Source: Macrostomum hystrix (Eukaryota; Animalia; Platyhelminthes). From it: DNA of 64,000 nucleotides. Made by a program: the position numbers and the translations under genes. The first letter of the stretch is position 1. Every line of letters begins with the position of its first letter. Positions 1-11,699 of the stretch are shown in pieces. Below the pieces are notes generated by a model. It worked only from the letters and a program-made list of their open reading frames with translations, was not told the DNA's origin and searched no databases. The DNA lies in assembly GCA_950097015.1 (NCBI GenBank), contig CATNEN010000012.1, forward strand, positions 3,100,001 to 3,164,000. The letters run 5' to 3'.

Positions 1-276
1 AAGAAACGTAGCCTCACTGCGCTGCTTTAGCGTCTGTCAAGGAAACATTTTTTGCTGACTAAAACTCAATAAGATGACTATATAGGGTGTTTAGAAATCG
101 TGCATTAACTGAATTGGATGAAAAAAATATATTAACAACTTGGAAACATGGACTATACCTTGAGAAACATTGTTTCCTTGCTTTCGAGTACGAGTACATT
201 AAGGAATAACAGAGTGAAATAGCGGCCAATCTATATTATTTCATTATTAACCTTCTACGCAAATGTCATTGCCTAG

Positions 277-1797
277 CATTTTAACGATCATTGTCTGTAG
301 TTTTCTATGCAAGACAATGCATTGTCTGCAGGCTTTTCAGATAAGATTTAACGTTTTATTTTTGCAAAGACGCATGGCATAAGTTTAACACATGTAGTTG
401 AACGAGCAGTGGGCAATCCAATACAAACATGTAGAAAAGCAAGCAGTCACGTCGAAGAACAGCGTCAGTTCAATTCACTTATTCGAAGAAGAAGTCGATT
501 ATATTGGCACCTCCATCAACGTGTATTCGCATGCGCTTCTCAGGACACGATACAACTCTGAGTTGCTCCGACTCCGTAGCCACACGCAGCTGACTAGCAG
601 TTGCTGAGGTACTAGGCCCCGAAGCAGCCGATTCAGTGGCTCCAGGAATTATGTCAACATTGACATCACGCTTCATAGCGGTTTGAACACATAGAGCAGA
701 CTTGTAGAGACTCCGATCGCGTCGTTTGTGTAAATATCGCCTCACTGCAGATTCGGTCTTGTGACCGGTCACTAGCATGATGTCGTGAACACTTTGGCCA
801 CACGAATCCAGGTCGCAGATTCGCGTCACCCTGGAAAGTGAAAGTCACTATCGTCAATACTAATTTCAATATTAATAATAATATTTATTTATATTCTTTT
901 GAAGTAATTTGTGGTTCATGATTACCTGATGGAATGATTCGTGTACCTCTTGCTCAGTTGGGCCTTCTCCGATAGATTGGACATGAAGTCTTGCAGAAAT
1001 CGGTATCCACGATGCGCATTCGTCGAAAAATTAAACCTTTTCTCAGGCGTGGACTTTATCGGCCGCGGTAAAAACGATTCGCTTGTCGCGGGAATCGATG
1101 CCTCATACAAATCCAGAAGTTCTGTGTCGTATAGATCCGGGTGTGTTTATCGTCTGCTACCGAAGTAGAGTTCAGTTCAGCTCGGCGATTTTTAGATGGC
1201 AACACAGGCAAGCAGGCGTAGGATCGGCCATCTGCATCTATGCGGCGAATCAGAGGGTTCTTCATCAGAAAGCACTTTAAATGTTCCTGACCACGCTCGC
1301 CCAATTGGTATTGCAGCTCAAACAGAACTTCATATTGTAGCCGCTCAGCGTCACTACGATCGAAATAAGCTCGCAGTTTCAGCATGTCGCCTTCTTCAAT
1401 CGGGTCGTAACTCTGCGTACATTGTCCAGATTGAATATATTCGCGCACTTTGTACTGCAGCATTCGATTGGAACCGTCGAAAGCAGTTCCCGAAGCAACT
1501 AAGTTGGTCCTGCGTTTCACTACAATATTCAGGTAGCGTTGTATTCCAGCACGAATACAAACTAGCGACGACGGTGAATAGGCGCGGCCTTCCTTGCTCT
1601 TCAGTTGAAAATAATAGATGCGCAAATATTGATTCAGTGTGATTCTCGTATAATCGTAAAAATTCTAGCCAATGAAAAGAATCAGCGGCCCCAGTGCGTG
1701 ACAACGATTGTTTTGCGAGCGCCGGTAGGGGCCGCTGATTATTTATACATTGTTTATCATTTTAACGATCATTTTTTGTAGTTTTTATGCAAGACAA
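277..1797 (-). mobile_element. Crypton-like (DUF3504 / CryptonA-type) tyrosine-recombinase DNA transposon, slightly decayed
   Basis: Minus-strand YR coding sequence lies between two ~40-bp direct repeats (277-317 cattttaacgatcattgtctgtagttttctatgcaagacaa; 1758-1797 cattttaacgatcattttttgtagtttttatgcaagacaa; 2 mismatches + 1 indel). The true element ends are inferred. Confidence 0.7.
479..1664 (-). pseudogene. Tyrosine recombinase (DUF3504 family), two exons (1664-926, 830-479), one frameshift near 1130
   Basis: Motifs: LNQYLRIYYFQLKSKEGRAYSPSSLVCIRAGIQRYL; LGERGQE (catalytic R); FMSNLSEKAQLSKRYTNHSIR|VTRIC (HxxR, joined across a GT-AG intron at 925-831); IMLVTGHKTESAVRRYL (H and Y nucleophile). 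An extra TA near 1130-1133 shifts the frame (repaired: RIYDTELLDLYEASIP). A probable acceptor (tcttttcattggctag) ends at 1665, and no N-terminal exon was found. Confidence 0.85.
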
Positions 1798-1870
1798 CGG
1801 CTTCTCGTTTTGCCTTCTACCATAGACTACGGACTCTTCTAAAATGATTAATCTCTAGCCATGAATGACT

Positions 1871-2728
1871 ACTCGAGCCGACTGTGATTTACGAAGTTTG
1901 CAGCTTGGAACATACCGACAGCTGTTCCACGCGGAGCAGCTCATCTCGGGCAAGGAGAATGCGGCAAACAACTATGCGCGCGGTCACTACACATTTGGCA
2001 AAGAATTGATTGGCAATCTCCGAGAAGATCAACCGTGTAGCGGAGAACTGCTTTCTCCTGCAGGGCTTTCTAGTCCATCACTCGTTCGGCGGAGGCACCG
2101 GCGCCGGATTCACGTCCTTGCTGATGGACCGGCTGACTTCAGACTACGGCAAGCGAGTCAAGCTTCAGGTTGCCGTCTACCCAGCGCCTCATATGTCCAC
2201 CAAGGTAGTGGAGCCGCTTAATGCAGTCCTGAGCCGCTTGATTGCGGCGTGATCGTGGACAATGAGGCAATTTACGATATTTGTAGGAGATATTTGGATA
2301 TTGAGAGGCCGATATTTGGATATTAAGTCGCCTCGAAGGGCATTAGCGATGCAGTCCGAAATATCAGGAATAAACGCGTGATTCAATTTGTCGACTGGTG
2401 CGCGACGGGTTTCAAGGTAGGCATCAACTACCAGCCGCCTACTACGGTACTTGGGGGCGACTTAGCCAGGGTGCAGTCTGCTTGCTGAGCAACACTTCGG
2501 GTATTGCGGAGGCCTGGCACCAACTGGCATACATGCAAGTTGGATCTGATGTACTCTAAGCGAGCATTCGTGCACTGGTACGTCGGAGAAGGCATGGAGA
2601 AAGGAGAGTTTGCCGAAACTCGCGAGGACCTGGCGGCCTTGCAGAAGGACTACGAGGAAGTCGATGTGGACAGCGTGGAAGGCGAAGAGGAGGAAATTGA
2701 AGAGGTGGACAACAACACGGATGTGTGA
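1871..2728 (+). pseudogene. TUBA: Alpha-tubulin pseudogene: 5'-truncated, intronless, frameshifted, internally deleted
   Basis: LEPTVI.EV / [72 protein letters not shown] and [21 protein letters not shown] appear in different frames. About residues 1-69 and 224-322 are missing. Confidence 0.92.
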
Positions 2729-2975
2729 AGCAAAACGTATCTTACTTCAACGGTTTCGTAAATAACTTTACGTAACTTTGCATAAATTTCACGCGCAGTT
2801 CAATGGCATAGCATTTAAGTATGTATTGACGAAGTGTATTTTGGTCAATAACACTCTAAACTGCGAGCTAAGGTGCGCTCGAATCGCTGCTCTGTGAACT
2901 TATTATTCTCTCGTGACTGCTTGGCATTGTTTCGCAAAAAAATTACCGGTCGCTTTATTTAAATGTATCTCAACC

Positions 2976-3342
<367 letters not shown>

Positions 3343-3765
3343 TAGAATGACTGCTTCTGGCAGGTGGGGAAGTCTGAGCACAGACCTTCCGGGTGTCGAG
3401 CCCCTGAAGCACAGGCAACTCGACCCTGCTGTAGTGCTGATGCCCGTGGTGCAACTCGGACGAAATCGGTGCAGCGGTTGTCGGCTCGAGTCAACGTCAT
3501 TGGTGATTCGCAGGTCTCTTTCGTACTGACTTCGTCTCAATCAGAGCCAAGTGCGGCTTCTTAACGGCAATAAACAATTCAACAGAAAAAGAGAAGAGAA
3601 ACCAAACACTGGTCCCGGGAGTAGATAGACGAATGTAAAGAAACCACGCACACAGAGATAGATAGATAGATAGAGAATGCGCAGAGCGCAAGTGTGTAAC
3701 AGAAAGAAGGATGATGAAAGGGAAGGCAAGGCATGCGATTTTGATAATGCAGCTAACCACTAGAC

Positions 3766-4470
3766 CAGGGGTCGGCAAACTTATTAGCGTTTGTATAAGT
3801 CCCGGAGAGAACCTAAAAGACGACAGCGGGCCGCATTAACTGTGGGAATATGAGAAAGGGGAGAGATAAGACAGGGGAGAGATGAGACAGGGGAGAGATG
3901 AGACAGGGGAGAGATGAGACAGGGGAGAGATGAGACAGGGGAGAGATGAGACAGGGGAGAGATGAGACAGGGGAGAGATGAGACAGGGGAGAGATGAGAC
4001 ATGGGAGAGATGAGACAGGGGAGAGATGAGACAGGGGAGAGATGAGACAGGGGAGAGATGAGACAGGGGAGAGATGAGACAGGGGAGAGATGAGACATGG
4101 GAGAGATGAGACAGGGGAGAGATGAGACAGGGGAGAGATGAGACAGGGGAGAGATGAGACAGGGGAGAGATGAGACAGGGGAGAGATGAGACAGGGGAGA
4201 GATGAGACAGTAGAGAGATGAGACAGGGATGAGATGAGACAGGGGAGAGATGAGACACAGGATAGATGAGACATGCATGGATAAACTATAAACCAGATGA
4301 GAGACAGGAAAGATGAGACGGGAGACACGGGAGAGATGAGAATCTCAATCTCCAGATGAGAGCTAGATGAGACAGGGGAAAGATAAGACAGGAGTTGGAG
4401 GGGCAACGGGCCGGATTTGGGAGCTTCGAGGGCCGCATCTGGCCCGCGGGCCGGAGTTTGCCGACCCCTG
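3766..4470. mobile_element. Non-autonomous hAT (Charlie-like) element containing a 17-bp minisatellite
   Basis: TIRs CAGGGGTCGGCAAACT (3766) and AGTTTGCCGACCCCTG (ends 4470). Perfect 8-bp TSD CACTAGAC at 3758-3765 and 4471-4478. No transposase. Confidence 0.92.
3855..4395 (+). repeat. 17-bp minisatellite (GAGATGAGACAGGGGA-type)
   Basis: Tandem array inside the hAT element. The same family occurs at ~16.6-17.2 kb, ~36.8-37.2 kb and ~60.5-60.9 kb. Confidence 0.95.
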
Positions 4471-4940
4471 CACTAGACAAAGTGGCGGCAAGATACAAAG
4501 CCACTGAGATGGGCCGTAATTACTGCACCGGCTGTTCGAGATGGGCGCGACAATGAGCGCTGGTGCCTTGATTGAATAAACAAGGATAGAAGGATCATAG
4601 ACAAGGGTTAAGCAGCGAGAGAATATGCCTGCAACCCAGGGGAAGTTAAAAAACTGCAGTCGTAGGTTTAGTCGTGAACTGCTAAGACAGTTAGTCAAAC
4701 AGGAAAGCGCGGTGGTTCAGTCGTTCAGATCGCGCGAACTAATTGATACGAGTAGAAGGTCGCAGCTCATTGGCTGGGAATATCTTTGTCAGCCTTTCTC
4801 TGCTCTCGATTTCTCTCCTGGCAGATAATTCCTCATCAAGTAGAATTCCAAATCGAGGCATCGAACTTGGGAGGGAAAAATCTGTTCACAGTTCCAGTTC
4901 TGCTGTCCCAGGCAATCTGCTGAACCGTCTTCGACGCCCA

Positions 4941-6416
4941 ATGGAACCTGTGAGGGAAGCCAGCAACTGTACAGCAGCATTCACTTTGTCGGCGTGGGAC
5001 ATTGCCACTGGCGGCCTGCTCTCGCTAATCGATGTCGTGGTCTTTGTCGGCAATGTAATGGTGATTGCAGCGGCCCTCACATTCGAGAAGTTAAAGAAGC
5101 GCGGAGTAACAAATGTGTTTATAACCAGCCTAGCGGCGAGCGATCTGTTGCTGAGCCTGGCCGTGCTACCATTCTCCATTGTGAACCAGGTCATGCACAA
5201 GCAGTGGATCTTCGGCCCGCGTTTCTGTCGCGCCTGGTTAGTAGTCGACGTCCTTTGTTGCACCGCCAGCATTCTCAACCTCGTATTGATCGCGTCGGAT
5301 CGCTTCTTCGCCATCAAGCATCCGATTCGCTACCCGAAGCTGATGACACTGAAACGAGCCCGCTGCTTGGTCGCCTTGTCCTGGCTATTGGCCTTCGGAA
5401 TAAGCTTCCCGCCTATGCTGCAGTTGATGCCGGACAGCGCGACCGGAAACTGCTCAGACTACATGGAGTGCAGCATCAACCAATCCTCCATCGCCTATAT
5501 CATCTACTCAGCTTCGGGATCCTTCTTCCTGCCGGCGGCGGTGATGCTCTACTTCTACCTGGAGATCTATCGCGCAGTTCGACGCACAATACAAAATGTG
5601 CGCCGAGGCGAGATGGTCCTGAAGAGTCGGAAAAGCTCGGGTTCCAGCATAACTAGCGACTGTCCAGATACCTGCGTGCTCCGAGTGCACCTCGGCGGTA
5701 GTGCAGCTTCTGCTTCTAATCTGGCCATCGCAGCTGCCGCTGCCAACATCCGCCGGCGATCATCTTGCGATGTTGTGCGCAGCAACACCAGTGACGGCTT
5801 GGGTGCGGCTGCAGTGTCAGCCACCCATCCAGCTGCCTCTGCGGCCTCCGGAAGCGCCGCCTTCCTCACCCCTGACTATGCCCCTCCATCTCGACGCCTA
5901 TCATTCGCTCCAAGCGTCGACAATCAGCAGCACTGTCATCACCTGCATCAGCATTTGCACCTGCATCAGCAGCAGCAGAACCAGAATCGACGCGCATCGA
6001 CTAGCATCCTGCCGGGCCTGAGGAAGCGAGCTCCGGATGATATGCGACTAAAGAGTATCTACAACGAGACGAAAGCTGCTCGCATGCTGGCCGTTATTGG
6101 AGTGAGCTTTACGGTCTGCTGGCTTCCGTTTTTCTCCGTGTACGTGCTCGGCGGCTTCTGTGATCGCTGCGTGCCGGAGCCGCTATTCGATGTGTTCTTC
6201 TGGATGGGCTACTGCAACAGTGCCATCAATCCGTACGTCTACGCGCTGCTGTCGCGCGACTTTCGCGAGGCGTTCCGCATGCTGCTGTGCCGCTTCGGCA
6301 GCCAACGCCGCCGACCGAAAGCTTCCGAAGCGGCCACGGTTGGTCGACAGTCGATTCGCATCCTCATCAACGACGATCTCGAGGCTGGAATGCGAATTCA
6401 ACGGTTGGGACGCTGA
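4941..6416 (+). CDS. Biogenic amine GPCR, OAMB/alpha-adrenergic-like octopamine (or tyramine) receptor, intronless, ~491 aa
   Basis: 7TM class A. TM3 DVLCCTASILNL (amine-binding Asp) with DRF; TM5 YIIYSASGSFFLP; TM6 CWLPFF; TM7 FWMGYCNSAINPYVYALLSRDFREAF. First ATG is at 4941 (the ORF track uses a non-ATG start at 4743). Confidence 0.9.
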   Translation: MEPVREASNCTAAFTLSAWDIATGGLLSLIDVVVFVGNVMVIAAALTFEKLKKRGVTNVFITSLAASDLLLSLAVLPFSIVNQVMHKQWIFGPRFCRAWLVVDVLCCTASILNLVLIASDRFFAIKHPIRYPKLMTLKRARCLVALSWLLAFGISFPPMLQLMPDSATGNCSDYMECSINQSSIAYIIYSASGSFFLPAAVMLYFYLEIYRAVRRTIQNVRRGEMVLKSRKSSGSSITSDCPDTCVLRVHLGGSAASASNLAIAAAAANIRRRSSCDVVRSNTSDGLGAAAVSATHPAASAASGSAAFLTPDYAPPSRRLSFAPSVDNQQHCHHLHQHLHLHQQQQNQNRRASTSILPGLRKRAPDDMRLKSIYNETKAARMLAVIGVSFTVCWLPFFSVYVLGGFCDRCVPEPLFDVFFWMGYCNSAINPYVYALLSRDFREAFRMLLCRFGSQRRRPKASEAATVGRQSIRILINDDLEAGMRIQRLGR

Positions 6417-7010
6417 AGCATTAGGAAGTTGAATGTTTCGGGACCTTGGGATTCGAAAACAGAAGTGAAAGAAATACTTAAAATGTGATCAACAGCTATC
6501 CTGTACATATTGTATATAAAATTTTATCTGCCCGTTGAATCCGAGAGCCCTCAATATAAGTTACAATTTGCGAAAATGTAATAATTTACATTTTTCTCGT
6601 ACCAACAAGAAAATATTCTTGTAAATACTTTGCCCTTACGTTTTTGGTATTTTTCAAAGCTTGTTTTCATCTTTTGTAAATCATGGCAACAAACAAAAAA
6701 TATTTTGTCGAGTCCCTATAGCAGTTGTCTGTTTTTAATAAGTAAAATTTTCATTTCACTTAAATTGTCCCGGTAATAATTCAACATTTCGACAAATTTT
6801 CGTTTCTCTAAAGATTTTTAGGAAAGTAACAAAGTTCTTAGTATAAGACTTTAATACTTGTATGTCAACACTTCTGCGTTACTGTAGACAAGACATTACT
6901 GATTGTTGCACTTGCGTCAGATTTAGTCTAAGACTGTATTTGTTGTACTTGTCTGTAATTCAGCAGCTGGCTATTAGCTACGTATATATGCACCCTTAAT
7001 CCAGAAGTTG

Positions 7011-8519
7011 GGGCTAATGCTTGGACACTAAGGATGTAGGGCTAATGCTTGGACACTAAGGATGTAGGGCTAATGCTTGGACACTAAGGATGTAGGGCTA
7101 ATGCTGGACACTAAGGATGTAGGGCTAATGCTTGGACACTAAGGATGTAGGGCTAATGCTTGGAGACTAAGGATGTAGGGCTAATGCTTGGACACTAAGG
7201 ATGTAGGGCTAATGCTTGGACACTAAGGATGTAGGGCTAATGCTGGACACTAAGGATGTAGGGCTAATGCTTGGACACTAAGGATGTAGGGCTAATGCTG
7301 GACACTAAGGATGTAGGGCTAATGCTGGACACTAAGGATGTAGGGCTAATGCTGGACACTAAGGATGTAGGGCTAATGCTTGGACACTAAGGATGTAGGG
7401 CTAATGCTGGACACTAAGGATGTAGGGCTAATGCTTGGACACTAAGGATGTAGGGCTAATGCTTGGACACTAAGGATGTAGGGCTAATGCTTGGACACTA
7501 AGGATGTAGGGCTAATGCTTGGACACTAAGGATGTAGGGCTAATGCTGGACACTAAGGATGTAGGGCTAATGCTGGACACTAAGGATGTAGGGCTAATGC
7601 TGGACACTAAGGATGTAGGGCTAATGCTTGGACACTAAGGATGTAGGGCTAATGCTTGGACACTAAGGATGTAGGGCTAATGCTTGGAGACTAAGGATGT
7701 AGGGCTAATGCTGGACACTAAGGATGTAGGGCTAATGCTGGACACTAAGGATGTAGGGCTAATGCTGGACACTAAGGATGTAGGGCTAATGCTGGACACT
7801 AAGGATGTAGGGCTAATGCTTGGAGACTAAGGATGTAGGGCTAATGCTGGACACTAAGGATGTAGGGCTAATGCTGGACACTAAGGATGTAGGGCTAATG
7901 CTGGACACTAAGGATGTAGGGCTAATGCTGGACACTAAGGATGTAGGGCTAATGCTTGGAGACTAAGGATGTAGGGCTAATGCTGGACACTAAGGATGTA
8001 GGGCTAATGCTGGACACTAAGGATGTAGGGCTAATGCTGGACACTAAGGATGTAGGGCTAATGCTGGACACTAAGGATGTAGGGCTAATGCTTGGAGACT
8101 AAGGATGTAGGGCTAATGCTGGACACTAAGGATGTAGGGCTAATGCTGGACACTAAGGATGTAGGGCTAATGCTGGACACTAAGGATGTAGGGCTAATGC
8201 TTGGACACTAAGGATGTAGGGCTAATGCTTGGAGACTAAGGATGTAGGGCTAATGCTTGGAGACTAAGGATGTAGGGCTAAGGCTGGAGACTAAGGATGT
8301 AGGGCTAATGCTTGGAGACTAAGGATGTAGGGCTAATGCTTGGACACTAAGGATGTAGGGCTAATGCTTGGAGACTAAGGATGTAGGGCTAATGCTTGGA
8401 GACTAAGGATGTAGGGCTAATGCTTGGAGACTAAGGATGTAGGGCTAATGCTTGGACACTAAGGATGTAGGGCTAATGCTTGGAGACTAAGGATGTAGGG
8501 CTAAGGCTGGAGACTAAGG
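7011..8519 (+). repeat. 27/28-bp minisatellite (GGGCTAATGCTTGGACACTAAGGATGTA)
   Basis: Read directly. Variants differ by one T and by CAC/GAC. Confidence 0.97.
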
Positions 8520-8887
8520 TCTAAGATGCGCCATTGCCCACAGCCCTCTTATATTAAAATATATCGTGCTGTCTGAGGCTAAGAAAATCTGAAAGTTCTG
8601 AGACTCTGCGTTTAAAAGCAAGAAAAAGTTTTAGGTATTAACAGCATTGTGTGCTTCAGTAATGCCGAGAAATACAAGTGCAAGTCTCAGCGAAAAGATT
8701 ATATCAAAATGCATGTTTACAACCCATTCTGATGAAAAAATCTTTCATACTTTTTTCAGTTTTCGTGATGTTTTGCGAAATTGGTCATTAAAAAGTCATT
8801 GAAGCACTAGTCACCGATCAACATCAGACATCTGCTTCATGTTTAGCAAAAATGAAAAAACAGTTGTAGTTTTAGACAAAATATTTT

Positions 8888-10570
8888 GGGACTAGCTCAA
8901 GTGGGACTAGCTCAAGTGGGGCTAGAATGGGACTAGCTTTAGTGGGACTAGCTCAAGTGGGACTAGAATGGGACTAGCTCAAGTGGGACTAGAATGGGAC
9001 TAGCTTTAGTGGGACTAGCTCAAGTGGGACTAGAATGGGACTAGCTCAAGTGGGACTAGAATGGGACTAGCTCAAGTGGGACTAGCTCAAGTGGGACTAG
9101 CTCAAGTGGGACTAGAATGGGACTAGCTCAAGTGGGACTAGCTCAAGTGGGACTAGAATGGGATTAGCTCAAGTGGGACTAGAATGGGACTAGCTCAAGT
9201 GGGACTAGAATGGGACTAGCTCAAGTGGGGCTAGGATGGGACTAGCTCAAGTGGGGCTAGGATGGGACTAGCTCAAGTGGGACTAGCTCAAGTGGGACTA
9301 GCTCAAGTGGGACTAGCTCAAGTGGGACTAGCTCAAGTGGGACTAGAATGGGACTAGCTCAAGTGGGACTAGCTCAAGTGGGACTAGCTCAAGTGGGACT
9401 AGCTCAAGTGGGGCTAGGATGGGACTAGCTCAAGTGGGACTAGAATGGGACTAGCTCAAGTGGGGCTAGGATGGGACTAGCTCAAGTGGGACTAGCTCAA
9501 GTGGGACTAGAATGGGACTAGCTCAAGTGGGACTAGCTCAAGTGGGACTAGCTCAAGTGGGACTAGCTCAAGTGGGACTAGAATGGGACTAGCTCAAGTG
9601 GGGCTAGGATGGGACTAGCTCAAGTGGGACTAGCTCAAGTGGGACTAGCTCAAGTGGGACTAGAATGGGACTAGCTCAAGTGGGACTAGCTCAAGTGGGA
9701 CTAGCTCAAGTGGGACTAGCTCAAGTGGGACTAGCTCAAGTGGGACTAGAATGGGACTAGCTCAAGTGGGACTAGCTCAAGTGGGACTAGAATGGGACTA
9801 GCTCAAGTGGGACTAGAATGGGATTAGCTCAAGTGGGACTAGAATGGGACTAGCTCAAGTGGGACTAGCTCAAGTGGGACTAGCTCAAGTGGGACTAGCT
9901 CAAGTGGGACTAGCTCAAGTGGGACTAGCTCAAGTGGGACTAGCTCAAGTGGGGCTAGGATGGGACTAGCTCAAGTGGGACTAGAATGGGACTAGCTCAA
10001 GTGGGGCTAGGATGGGACTAGCTCAAGTGGGGCTAGGATGGGACTAGCTCAAGTGGGACTAGCTCAAGTGGGACTAGCTCAAGTGGGACTAGCTCAAGTG
10101 GGACTAGCTCAAGTGGGACTAGAATGGGACTAGCTCAAGTGGGACTAGCTCAAGTGGGACTAGCTCAAGTGGGACTAGCTCAAGTGGGGCTAGGATGGGA
10201 CTAGCTCAAGTGGGACTAGAATGGGACTAGCTCAAGTGGGGCTAGGATGGGACTAGCTCAAGTGGGACTAGCTCAAGTGGGACTAGAATGGGACTAGCTC
10301 AAGTGGGACTAGCTCAAGTGGGACTAGCTCAAGTGGGACTAGCTCAAGTGGGACTAGCTCAAGTGGGACTAGCTCAAGTGGGACTAGCTCAAGTGGGACT
10401 AGCTCAAGTGGGACTAGCTCAAGTGGGACTAGAATGGGACTAGCTCAAGTGGGACTAGCTCAAGTGGGACTAGCTCAAGTGGGACTAGAATGGGACTAGC
10501 TCAAGTGGGACTAGCTCAAGTGGGACTAGCTCAAGTGGGACTAGAATGGGACTAGCTCAAGTGGGACTAG
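8888..10570 (+). repeat. Compound 15-bp/11-bp minisatellite (GGGACTAGCTCAAGT / GGGACTAGAAT)
   Basis: Two unit types interspersed, read directly. Confidence 0.97.
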
Positions 10571-11699
10571 CCTGTGCGAGACAAGCTCAGAACTAGCAAG
10601 ATCAGCACACAAGGGAATGAGTTCTCGACCTCTTGAAAATCGAGTGCCTCTTTAGAAAAGAAACATGGGCAAACAGAACCCACTGCACTTTTTGATTTCA
10701 TTCCGAGTCTTTGCTCTTTCTTCTAACTACAGTCTTGAAGGACTTGGCGAAACTCCGCCCAGACTCTGCGTGACGTCAAAGCGACATTTTTCTCTGTTAA
10801 CGGAAAAGGGCGCGCCCCTTCTGCTCCGTCGCTTCCCCCCCTCCCTACTCCTCTTTCGCTCGCGCTTCTTATCTTTGCGAGGCTCAACCGAATAGCCTAA
10901 AATGTGAACCTCAAAGCGGCACAGAAGACTAGATGCAGAAAATAAGTAGGAGTCGGCAGTGACACGGCGCAGGACAGCTGCAATGCCTGCTGAGAGCGGC
11001 CAGAGCAGTTCTTGCGCCGTTCTGTTTTGTGTGTCTGTTTGCTTTTTTATTATTTTTTGCTGACAATTTTGCCTGAGCGGACTTCAGCAGCAACAGGTGT
11101 AATTATTGCGTTTCCCTGTTCTTGTCTTATACACTAGGTCTCGGAGCACAGCTTCCTTCTGTTGTAAATGATGATGGAATGGTCCGGCAGCAGCAGCAAC
11201 AGCAGCTTACACGGGGCTCTATAGACATAATTATAGATGCTCAGTCACTGACAGTCTAAGAAAGATGAGCTCGGCTTGTTCTCAAAAGTAAGGCTGACTG
11301 CTCAAGCAAGCAGCATGGTGCTCACGAACTGCAAGCAAAAATATATTCGATTATCCATCGAATTGCTCAATTAAACATTTTCCTCGTAAGAATAGCTGGA
11401 TATTGATTTGCTGGATTCCAGCAGATAATGATCAATAGCGCCCGTGCTCCTGAGGCTGTTGGGCAGTGATCGGCTGCCCGCCTGGCTGATTTCAGGTCGG
11501 TTGATGCTCGGTCAATTTTCTTGCCCTTTCCCCCTTCCCCTGCTCTGTGTGCCCCGCGCCGCCACCTGATTGGCTGGTCGTGGGAGTTGTCTGTCAGCCC
11601 TACCCCCAGCCCTGCGTGGCTTTGCCGCTCCCGCCAATCAGCTCTGCTTGGCTAACGCCCGTCCACCCGGCAAGCGCGTGCAACCCTACCCTTGGCTTG

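Noticed and set aside
1820-1824. TATGG (minus strand) as a Crypton terminus
   Set aside because: No matching copy was found on the other side within the window, and a 5-mer is not significant.
3437-3465. Hammerhead-ribozyme-like CTGATG-CCCG...CGGAC-GAAA
   Set aside because: Core A9 is missing, and no stem I abuts the core or follows a valid NUH site. At best a decayed remnant; an Infernal search with hammerhead models would settle it.
4743-4940. N-terminal extension of the amine GPCR to 557 aa
   Set aside because: It relies on a non-ATG start. The ATG at 4941 gives a normal short N-terminus with an N-glycosylation site (NCT).
10665-11500. Promoter-like region (TGACGTCA at 10771, GC box, possible donors) and short ORFs
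   Set aside because: No associated coding exon or TSS evidence, and such short motifs are expected by chance.
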